NCBI GenBank assembly: GCA_963663165.1 | Contig: OY760175.1 | Span: forward strand, 3,552,001 to 3,616,000 | Reading direction: 5' to 3' | Length of the DNA stretch: 64,000 nucleotides | Origin: an uncultured Desulfospira sp. | GTDB lineage: Bacteria > Desulfobacterota > Desulfobacteria > Desulfobacterales > Desulfobacteraceae | In this document: piece after piece, positions 56,340-64,000 of the stretch | Layout of the letters: every line of letters starts with the position of its first letter | Position numbering within the stretch: the first letter of the stretch is position 1 | Program-made: the position numbers and the translations under genes | Notes under the pieces: generated by a model | Seen by the model: the letters and a program-made list of their open reading frames with translations, nothing else | Database searches by the model: none | Told to the model about the DNA's origin: nothing

Positions 56340-57374
56340 ATGAAAAGATCGCTCACTGTCAGTATCATCGTTTGTTTCATCTGTTGTTTGTGCAGCACCG
56401 GTTTTGCCAGAACCCTTAAAATGGGATTTGTGGCACCGCCAAGCCACCCGGAAGTTAAAGCCGCGGGTGTTTTTGCCGAGTACGTCAAAAAGAAAACCAA
56501 CGGGGAAATCACCATTGATATCTTTCCCATGGGCCAGCTGGGCGGGGAACGCTCCATGGTAGAGCAGGTACAGGGCGGCACCCTGGATATGATGGCCTGC
56601 ACCACGGCGGTTCTGTCCAACTTTGTCCCTGAAGTTCTCCTGTTTGACCTGCCCTTTCTGTGGCCGTCACGGGGTGTGGCCTACTCGGTGCTGTGGGATT
56701 CTGAATTCTACAAAATCTTTGCCGACCGTTTTCCCAAAAAAGGCTTTGTTGCCTTAGGGTTTGGTGAAAACGAGATGCGCGACCTGACCAATGTCAAGCA
56801 AGAGGTCCGCAAGCCTGAAGATGTCAAGGGGATGAAAATCCGCGTCATGGAAGCCCCGGTCTATCTGGAAACCTGGCAGACATTAGGGGCAAGCCCGGTT
56901 CCCATGCCCTTCCCTGAAATCTACAATGCCCTGCAGCAGGGCGTTATCGATGCCCAGGAAAACCCGATTTTAACTTCCGTTCTCATGAAATTCACGGAAG
57001 TGTGCCCCTACGCCACCATCACCAACTATACCCTTACGGAAACCGTCAGAATTGTGAACATTGACGTATGGGAAAGCCTTACCCCGGAACAGCAGGAAAT
57101 TTTCAAGGAAGGGGCTGACATGATGACCCGCCTGAACCGGGAAGGCGGCATGAAAATGCTGACCGAAATCCTGGCCAAACTCGAATCCGAAGGCAAGGTA
57201 AAAGTCACCCGGCTGAGCAAGGAAGAGAGAGCCGCATTCCGTGAAGCGGTTCAGCCCGTGTATGACAAATTTGAAGAAAAAGTCGGAAAAATCCCCAATA
57301 AGGAAGAATACGGCCGTTTTGCCGGCATGACTTACCTTAAAATGATCCAGGAAAAAATCAAGCAATACCAATAA
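56340..57374 (+). CDS. dctP: TRAP transporter substrate-binding protein
   Basis: GQLGGER, KGMKIRVM, EIYNALQQGVIDAQENP. Confidence 0.96.
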   Translation: MKRSLTVSIIVCFICCLCSTGFARTLKMGFVAPPSHPEVKAAGVFAEYVKKKTNGEITIDIFPMGQLGGERSMVEQVQGGTLDMMACTTAVLSNFVPEVLLFDLPFLWPSRGVAYSVLWDSEFYKIFADRFPKKGFVALGFGENEMRDLTNVKQEVRKPEDVKGMKIRVMEAPVYLETWQTLGASPVPMPFPEIYNALQQGVIDAQENPILTSVLMKFTEVCPYATITNYTLTETVRIVNIDVWESLTPEQQEIFKEGADMMTRLNREGGMKMLTEILAKLESEGKVKVTRLSKEERAAFREAVQPVYDKFEEKVGKIPNKEEYGRFAGMTYLKMIQEKIKQYQ

Positions 57375-57384
57375 GCCAACCGCT

Positions 57385-57422
57385 TCCGGCCGGCCGGATA
57401 TCCGTGCCGGCCGGATTTTTTT
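57385..57422 (+). terminator. GC hairpin + U tract after dctP (internal terminator/stabiliser)
   Basis: TCCGGCCGGCCGGA-TA-TCCGTGCCGGCCGGA followed by a T run. Confidence 0.65.
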
Positions 57423-57451
57423 ACCCCTAACCTTAAAATTGATGCCATCAA

Positions 57452-57961
57452 ATGAAAAAGTTCATCGGAACCCTGAATAAAATTGAGGAGATCGCTGTCG
57501 GGTATGCCCTGCTTTCCCTTGCCGTGATCGCAACCATCCACGTGTTTTTAAGATATACCTTTGGCATTGCCTATGACTGGATTGACGAAGGATCACGGTA
57601 CATGACCATCCTGATCACCTTTGTGGGGGCGGATGTCTGTGTCCGGTACGGTACCCACTTCAGCATGGATGCCGTAATTCAATATTCGCCCAACCGGGTC
57701 AAGCATTTTCTCAAGCTGCTGGCCAACCTGATTTCGGCATCCATCATGGGGGTAACCTTTTACTACTCCTGGGTTCAGATCGGCAAACTGCACCGTTTTG
57801 AGGCCACGACCCCATCTTTTCAGATTCCCATGTACATCCCTTACCTGCCCATCGGTATTTTCACCATCGTCATTGCGCTCCGGTTTTTAGCGGCAGCCAT
57901 TAGAAACGGCCGTGACTTAATTAACAATACACCTTATAAAACCGAAGGGGGGATGCATTAA
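57452..57961 (+). CDS. dctQ: TRAP transporter small permease
   Basis: VFLRY...WIDEGSRY...GTHFSMD. Confidence 0.93.
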   Translation: MKKFIGTLNKIEEIAVGYALLSLAVIATIHVFLRYTFGIAYDWIDEGSRYMTILITFVGADVCVRYGTHFSMDAVIQYSPNRVKHFLKLLANLISASIMGVTFYYSWVQIGKLHRFEATTPSFQIPMYIPYLPIGIFTIVIALRFLAAAIRNGRDLINNTPYKTEGGMH

Positions 57962-57963
57962 CC

Positions 57964-59241
57964 ATGATTGCTTTTATGGGAATTCTGTTTCTGGTGCTGC
58001 TGGTTATTTCCACCCCCATCGCCATCATCCTGCTGACCGTTACCGGGGCAACCCTGTTCTTTTTTCTGCACATTCCGCTCCAGGCACTGGTGCAGCAGCT
58101 TTTCAACGGCATGGACAACTTCATTCTTCTGGCCATCCCGTTTTTCATCCTTGCCGGCAACATCATGGCCCGGGGCTCTATCTCCAAAATGCTGGTGGAG
58201 GTCATGCAGCTTCTGGTGGGCTGGCTGCCTGGGGGCATGGCCATTGCGTCGGTTCTGGCCTGTATCTTTTTTGCCGCCATTTCAGGGTCAAGCCCTGCCA
58301 CGGTGATTGCCATCGGCTCCATCATGATCCCGGCCCTGGTACAGCATGGGTATGATGAAGACTTCAGCATCGGTCTTCTGACTTCGTCGGGGTCCATGGG
58401 CATTTTGATCCCGCCGTCCATTCCCATGGTATTGTATGCCCTGGTCATGAACGTCTCTGTCGGCCGTATGTTTATGGCCGGTCTGCTGCCCGGTGTGGTC
58501 ATCGGCGGCATTCTGGTGATATATTCCGTAATCCTGGCCAAAAAACACGGCTGGAAAACGGAAAGAACTTACGCGCCCGGTGAAAAACTCAAGCTGTTAA
58601 AAAACGCCTCCTGGGGGATTGCCATGCCGGCCATCGTGCTTGGCGGTATCTACTCCGGGGTGTTTACGCCGACTGAGGCGGCAGCGGTTTCGGTGGTGTA
58701 TGCGCTGTTGGTGGAGCTGTTCATTTACCGGAACATGTCATTGAAAAAACTTAACGAGGTCCTGGTTGAATCCGTGGCCCTGTCTTCGGCCCTGCTGTTC
58801 ATCATTGCCTGTGCCATGACCTTTATCTGGCTTTTGACCCGTGAAAAAATGCCGGTGGCCGCAGCTGATTTCATCATGACCCACATTCAGAACAAATATG
58901 TGTTCCTGTTTGCCATCAACATTTTTCTGCTGCTGGTGGGCTGTGTCATGGATATTGTATCGGCCATCATCGTTATCTCACCCATTTTAATGATTGCCCT
59001 GCAAAAATTTGACATCGACCTGATCCATTACGGCATCATGATGATCGTGAATGTGGAATTCGGATTTTTAACCTTTCCCTTTGGGCTGAACCTGTTTGTG
59101 GCCATGGGGATCACAGGAAAATCCCTGACCCGGATCGGCAAAGCGGTCTTTCCGTTTCTCCTGCTCATGTTTATCGGGCTTTTGCTGATCACCTATATTC
59201 CGGGAATCTCGCTTTGGATCCCCAATCTGTTAATGAATTAA
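57964..59241 (+). CDS. dctM: TRAP transporter large permease
   Basis: LLAIPFFILAG, ISGSSPAT, ILIPPSIP, FTPTEAAA. Confidence 0.96.
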   Translation: MIAFMGILFLVLLVISTPIAIILLTVTGATLFFFLHIPLQALVQQLFNGMDNFILLAIPFFILAGNIMARGSISKMLVEVMQLLVGWLPGGMAIASVLACIFFAAISGSSPATVIAIGSIMIPALVQHGYDEDFSIGLLTSSGSMGILIPPSIPMVLYALVMNVSVGRMFMAGLLPGVVIGGILVIYSVILAKKHGWKTERTYAPGEKLKLLKNASWGIAMPAIVLGGIYSGVFTPTEAAAVSVVYALLVELFIYRNMSLKKLNEVLVESVALSSALLFIIACAMTFIWLLTREKMPVAAADFIMTHIQNKYVFLFAINIFLLLVGCVMDIVSAIIVISPILMIALQKFDIDLIHYGIMMIVNVEFGFLTFPFGLNLFVAMGITGKSLTRIGKAVFPFLLLMFIGLLLITYIPGISLWIPNLLMN

Positions 59242-59318
59242 CCGTCTACTTTACAAGGTGGCCCATAGATAAAAGTGAGCCATCATGATGCAACCCGATT
59301 TGACAGGACAATAGTCAA

Positions 59319-62249
59319 ATGACGAACAATAAAGAGAACACATCCCAGGCCCTGGTAAATGATTTGGAAAAAGTGATCCACGGTGAAGTCCGTGCGGATC
59401 AGCTGACCCGCAGGATTTACGCCACCGATGCCTCGGATTTTTGCAAGGTGCCAGTGGGGGTGGTCATCCCCAAAGATGCCGATGATGTCTGTGCCGCCAT
59501 AGAGACAGCGGCCCGGCACCATATCCCGGTGATTCCCCGGGGCGGCGGTTCCAGTCTGTCCGGCCAGACCGTGGGCACCGGACTGGTCATTGACCATTCC
59601 AAGTACATGAACCGCATTCTGGAAATCAACCCGGAAGAACAATGGGTCAAAGTTCAGCCCGGTGTGGTGCTGGACACCCTTAATGCGGCCCTTGCCCCCC
59701 ATAACCTGATGGTGGGGCCGGACCCCTCATCCAGTGCCGTGGCCACCATGGCCGGTATGGCCGGCAACAACTCTACCGGGTCCCATTCCTTCAGGTACGG
59801 CATGATGGCCGATCATATCCTGGAAATGGAAGTGATCCTGTCCGACGGCAGCAAGGTGCTGTTTAACGGCAAGGATCCGGCCACGGTTAACTTTCTGGCC
59901 GGGCAGGACAGCCTGGAAGCCGCCCTGTACCGAGAAATCCCGTCTTTGCTGGACCAGTACCGGGAAGATATTCTCAACGGTTACCCCAACACCTGGCGCA
60001 ATGTGGCCGGTTACGGATTAAACCGGCTCCTGACCGCACAGACCAACAATGCCCCCTTCAGCTTGGCCCCCCTGATCGCCGGCAGTGAGGGCACCCTGGG
60101 CCTTATCTCCCAACTCAAACTGGCCGTTGTGGAACGGCCCCGGGTGATTAATCTGCTGATCCTTCACTACCCCTCAATGGAACAGGCCCTGGAGATGGTG
60201 CCGTCCATTCTGGAACATCAACCGGCCGCCGTGGAGCTGATGACCTCTCCGTCTATTATGCTGGCCGACGGCCATGCCGGGTTCCGGCTCCTGCTGCGCA
60301 AATTTGTCCAGGGAAATCCCGGGGCCATCCTCATCGTGGAGTTTGGCGAGTCCTCACAGGCAAAAGTGGATTCAGGCATCGGCAAGCTGCGCTCCTGGCT
60401 GGACGGCCAGGGCTATAAAGAACCGGTCACCCTGTGCGATACCCCTGAAAAAATCGGCACCGTGTGGCAGGTCCGCAAGGCCATTATCGGCCTTCTGGTC
60501 AGCAAACCCGGGGATAACAAACCCATTTGGATCATCGACGATGCCACCGTTCCCGTGGATCAGTTGAATGATTATACCCGGGATGTGCAGGCCGCAGGAA
60601 AAAAAGTCGGCATCGATATCAACTTTGATGCCCATGCATCTGCCGGCTGCCTTCATATGGGCCTGGAACTGAACATGAAGACCCAAAAGGGCCTTTCCCA
60701 CCTGGAGCTGCTCTCCAAAGAGATCATGGACATTGCCATTGCCCATGGCGGCACCACCACCGGTGAACACGGCGAGGGACTGGCCCGCAGCTATTTTACC
60801 GAAAAACTTTACGGCAAAAGGCTTTATGAGGCCTTTAAATCCGTAAAATCTGCCTTTGACCCCGACCACCGGCTCAACCCCAACAAGATCATCAACCCCA
60901 TAGAACCCTGGGATAAGGAATGGCTGCGCTATTCCCCGGATTACAAAACACCCCTGAACCCGGAGCAGACCTTCATGGACTTTGGGGATTACGGCGGGTT
61001 TGCCGGATTGGTGGAGATGTGCAACGGCATGGGGGTCTGCAGGTCCATGGAAAACGGCACCATGTGCCCCTCCTACCGGGCCACCAGAGAGGAGCTTCAC
61101 ACCCCCCGGGGCCGGTCCAACATCCTTCGGGCGGCCATCAGCGGAGAATTAGGGGAAAAAGGCCTTTTGGACAAAATGGTCTACCAGGCCATGGAGCTAT
61201 GCCTGGAGTGCAAGGCCTGCCGGAATGAATGCGCCTCCAAAGTGGATGTGGCCAAGCTCAAGTATGAATTTTTAGCCCAATACCAGGAAGCCCACGGGGT
61301 CCCCCTGCGCAGCAGAATGTTCGGGGCCATGGCCCTGGCCGATTCCCTGGGCAGCAAGGTTCCGGCCCTGGCCAATGCCCTGTACAAAAACAAATTATTC
61401 CGCAAGCTGCTGGACAGCGCCGTTAAAATTGATGCCCGGCGGGAACTGCCCCTGATAGCCGGCGAGACCTTTCAGCAATGGTTTTACCGGCGCCCGGCCA
61501 GGCCTTCAGCGCCCAACGGGCCGGTTATTTTGTGGGATGACTGCCATTTAAGCTATCATGAACCCCAAATCGGCGTGGCCGCTGTGACCGTTCTGGAGGC
61601 CGCCGGATTTGAGGTCATCCTGGTCAAGAAAAGACAGTGCTGCGGGCGGCCCATGATTTCCAAAGGCCTGCTCAAAAAAGCGGCGGCCAATGCCCGGCAC
61701 AATATCAAGCTGCTCAGCGCTGACAAGTTCAAAGACATTCCCATGGTGGGCATTGAGCCCAGCTGTATTGCCTGTTTTAGAGATGAGTATCCCGACCTGG
61801 TCAAGAGCGAAGAGGCCGGGCAGGTGGCCAAAAGATCATTTTTCTTTGAAGAATTCATAATGGATCTGGCCTCTCAGGGAAAACTGGCCCTTCCCTTTCA
61901 TGAAACCGGGAATCCCAAGGCGGTTCATGTCCATACCCACTGTTATCAGAAATCCCTTGGAACGGCCCCCAAGGTAGTTGAGATGCTTAAACTGATCCCG
62001 GGAACCACCGTCACCGAGATCGGCAGCGGCTGCTGCGGCATGGCCGGGGCTTTTGGATATGAAAAGGAACATTACGAGATCTCCATGGCCATAGGCGAGC
62101 AATCCCTGTTCCCCGCGGTCCGCAGCGCCCCGGAAGGCGCTGTTATTGCGGCTGCCGGCACCTCATGCAGAACCCAGATCAAGGACGGGACAAGCACAAA
62201 AGCCCTTCATCCCATTGAGGTCCTGGCCCGGGCAGTCTCTTCACACTAG
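59319..62249 (+). CDS. FAD-linked 2-hydroxyacid dehydrogenase fused to FeS/CCG domains (GlcD+GlcF/YdiJ-like)
   Basis: YATDAS, PRGGGSSLSGQ, GSEGTLG, HASAGCLH, GEHGEG, CNGMGVC...MCPSY, CLECKAC, two CCG motifs. Confidence 0.93.
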   Translation: MTNNKENTSQALVNDLEKVIHGEVRADQLTRRIYATDASDFCKVPVGVVIPKDADDVCAAIETAARHHIPVIPRGGGSSLSGQTVGTGLVIDHSKYMNRILEINPEEQWVKVQPGVVLDTLNAALAPHNLMVGPDPSSSAVATMAGMAGNNSTGSHSFRYGMMADHILEMEVILSDGSKVLFNGKDPATVNFLAGQDSLEAALYREIPSLLDQYREDILNGYPNTWRNVAGYGLNRLLTAQTNNAPFSLAPLIAGSEGTLGLISQLKLAVVERPRVINLLILHYPSMEQALEMVPSILEHQPAAVELMTSPSIMLADGHAGFRLLLRKFVQGNPGAILIVEFGESSQAKVDSGIGKLRSWLDGQGYKEPVTLCDTPEKIGTVWQVRKAIIGLLVSKPGDNKPIWIIDDATVPVDQLNDYTRDVQAAGKKVGIDINFDAHASAGCLHMGLELNMKTQKGLSHLELLSKEIMDIAIAHGGTTTGEHGEGLARSYFTEKLYGKRLYEAFKSVKSAFDPDHRLNPNKIINPIEPWDKEWLRYSPDYKTPLNPEQTFMDFGDYGGFAGLVEMCNGMGVCRSMENGTMCPSYRATREELHTPRGRSNILRAAISGELGEKGLLDKMVYQAMELCLECKACRNECASKVDVAKLKYEFLAQYQEAHGVPLRSRMFGAMALADSLGSKVPALANALYKNKLFRKLLDSAVKIDARRELPLIAGETFQQWFYRRPARPSAPNGPVILWDDCHLSYHEPQIGVAAVTVLEAAGFEVILVKKRQCCGRPMISKGLLKKAAANARHNIKLLSADKFKDIPMVGIEPSCIACFRDEYPDLVKSEEAGQVAKRSFFFEEFIMDLASQGKLALPFHETGNPKAVHVHTHCYQKSLGTAPKVVEMLKLIPGTTVTEIGSGCCGMAGAFGYEKEHYEISMAIGEQSLFPAVRSAPEGAVIAAAGTSCRTQIKDGTSTKALHPIEVLARAVSSH

Positions 62250-62296
62250 ATTCAGAACAATGACCCCCTCTCCTTTGCCCTGGTCAACCGGCACGG

Positions 62297-62530
62297 GGGG
62301 GGGGCAACGCTACACTTTTGCCCACCGAGCTTCCCTTTAAAAAAAATCTCACAAAGGCGCAACGGCGCAAAGCTTAACTTCCCTTGGACAATAGTATTCT
62401 TTGCGCCTTAGCGCCTTTGCGTGAGAATATAAAAAAAGAGGGCGAAGCCCCCGATTTTAGGATGACAGAGCAAGGAGAAAAGCATTCCATACATTGAGAA
62501 CCCCTTGCTACCCCATATCCCAAGTCTCAA
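62297..62530. repeat. Composite intergenic repeat containing family A copy 3
   Basis: Same order of blocks as 53781-54018 (GGGCAACGC...TTTGCCC, GGCGCAAAG...CTTTGCGCC, GAGAA..CCCTT...CCCAAGTCTCAA). Confidence 0.8.
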
Positions 62531-62753
62531 CAATATACATCATCATCCATACCCGCATATAAAACAGTTGGCAGATTAAATGCGATCACCCTGGCGTCCA
62601 TTAGTGGCCCACTTGATCAGTGGCGCAGTTGTCTGATATGAAGGCATCTGTATATATTTTTTTTCAACACCAGAACCCAAAAGGCAACCGCAATGACACA
62701 GATCTTGAGAAATCCGTGCCTGCCGTTTATGGAGATAAAAAAAGGGGCTTTTC

Positions 62754-63596
62754 ATGAAACTGACAGATAAAATTCATCTTTTAAAACTGGCTTTCCACAT
62801 TCAGCTTCCTGCCGGAAAAACCGTGGAGCGGTACGTGAACTGTGTGGTTGTTTTCGGCAAAAAGATCACCCTGATTGACACCGGCACCAAGGGGTGCGAA
62901 ACAATTATTTCAACCTATATCAAGGCGAACGGCCGGGATATTTCAGACCTTGATACCATTATCCTGTCCCATGCTCATCCGGACCATATCGGGTCGGCGG
63001 CCATCTTAAAAAAACAGGCCGGCTGCCGGGTTCTGGCCCATGCAATTGAAACCGAATGGATTGAAAACATTGAGCTGCAGAACAGGCAGCGCCCGGTACC
63101 TGGATTCTTCAGTCTGGTGGACCAGCCTGTCGCTGTTGATGCCCCCCTGGAACACGGGCAGGTGTTACAGGCTGATGACGACATCCACCTTGAAATCATT
63201 CACAACCCAGGACACTCCAAAGGCTCGGTCAACATTCTGTTCAAAGAAGATAAAATTTTATTCACGGCAGACAGTGTCCCTGTGGTCAATGATATCCCCA
63301 GCTATGACAGTTTCACAGACCTGGTGTCAGGCCTTGAGTCAATCAGAAACAACCCGGGTTACGACACGCTTTTAACGTCCTGGAGCAATGCGCTTTGGGG
63401 CCGGGATAAGATTGCAGCCTTCCTGGATGAAGGCGCACAATATCTTGAAACGCTCGATAAAACGGTAAAACGCTGGTATGCAGGGAAAGAACCGGAACCC
63501 CTGTCCTTTTGCCGAAAGGTGATCCACACCTTGAATCTGCCCCCATTTTATGTCAACCCCATTGTTGACCAGGCGTTTAAAGGACATCAGCCATGA
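62754..63596 (+). CDS. MBL-fold metallo-hydrolase
   Basis: LIDTG, SHAHPDHIG, PGHSKG, FTAD. Confidence 0.92.
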   Translation: MKLTDKIHLLKLAFHIQLPAGKTVERYVNCVVVFGKKITLIDTGTKGCETIISTYIKANGRDISDLDTIILSHAHPDHIGSAAILKKQAGCRVLAHAIETEWIENIELQNRQRPVPGFFSLVDQPVAVDAPLEHGQVLQADDDIHLEIIHNPGHSKGSVNILFKEDKILFTADSVPVVNDIPSYDSFTDLVSGLESIRNNPGYDTLLTSWSNALWGRDKIAAFLDEGAQYLETLDKTVKRWYAGKEPEPLSFCRKVIHTLNLPPFYVNPIVDQAFKGHQP

Positions 63597-63886
63597 AAAA
63601 AGTCATATTTGCCGCCTTTATTGAAGAAATCCTGGACCCGGAGATGTATCACCGGTATATCAGCCAGGTGCCCCCGATCATTGAAGCACACAATGGCACA
63701 TATATTGCCCGAAGCAGCCGGATCACCCCGCTCTGCGGCAGTCCTCCCCAACGGACCATCCTCATCGGGTTTGATTCCATGGACCAGGCAAAGGCCTGCT
63801 TCTCGTCACCGGAATATCGAAAAATAAAGCACCTGCGCGACAACAGCACAACATCAACTGCATTTTTCATTGAAAATCAGACGTGA
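63593..63886 (+). CDS. DUF1330 family protein
   Basis: Y...VPPIIEAHNGTYIAR...FDSMDQAKACFSSPEY...LR. ATGA overlap with the upstream gene. Confidence 0.85.
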   Translation: MKKVIFAAFIEEILDPEMYHRYISQVPPIIEAHNGTYIARSSRITPLCGSPPQRTILIGFDSMDQAKACFSSPEYRKIKHLRDNSTTSTAFFIENQT

Positions 63887-63923
63887 TGTTGTATGACGGG
63901 TGCAGCAGACACACCATACAGCA

Positions 63924-63981
63924 ATAATCAAGGTTTGACCCCACCTAGGGCTATAATCAAGGTTTGACCCCACCTACGGCT
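63924..63981. repeat. Direct tandem duplication, 2 x 29 bp
   Basis: ATAATCAAGGTTTGACCCCACCTAGGGCT then ATAATCAAGGTTTGACCCCACCTACGGCT. Confidence 0.85.
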
Positions 63982-64000
63982 GTTACCCGGCAGGGAACAT

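Noticed and set aside
63924..63981. Start of a CRISPR array
   Set aside because: The two copies are directly adjacent with no spacer, and no third copy follows within the window.

Overview
Bacterial genomic window, most consistent with an anaerobic Desulfobacteraceae-like deltaproteobacterium (inferred from gene content and repeat style, not proven). From left to right: (1) the 3' part of a transposase; (2) a minus-strand secreted-protein cluster behind a sigma-54/IHF/enhancer promoter: Gly-rich protein, 3730-aa FN3/Ig + YD/RHS protein with a Cys-rich tip, 875-aa Ca-binding protein with two dockerin-like modules, and an AT-rich PEP-CTERM-type gene; (3) glnE and a BrnT-like toxin-antitoxin pair; (4) a GntR-TRAP-Mo/W-bisPGD enzyme-FeS-flavoprotein operon; (5) divergent from it, a TTT transporter with two signal-less aryl-sulfate sulfotransferases flanking a thioredoxin reductase and thioredoxin, plus a Crp/Fnr regulator; (6) a peptide ABC transporter and amidohydrolase; (7) an XRE protein, GT4 glycosyltransferase, Pat-type acetyltransferase and solute-binding protein; (8) a FadR-LarA-TRAP-FAD/FeS 2-hydroxyacid dehydrogenase cluster; (9) an MBL-fold hydrolase and DUF1330. 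Intergenic DNA holds at least four families of small palindromic or MITE-like elements, three of which supply stop codons to genes, and a group II intron RT relic. No rRNA, tRNA or CRISPR array was recognised. The best candidates for an undescribed system are the ASST/thioredoxin/TTT module and the immunity-less Sec-type RHS/dockerin cluster. All calls were made by eye, without database searches.
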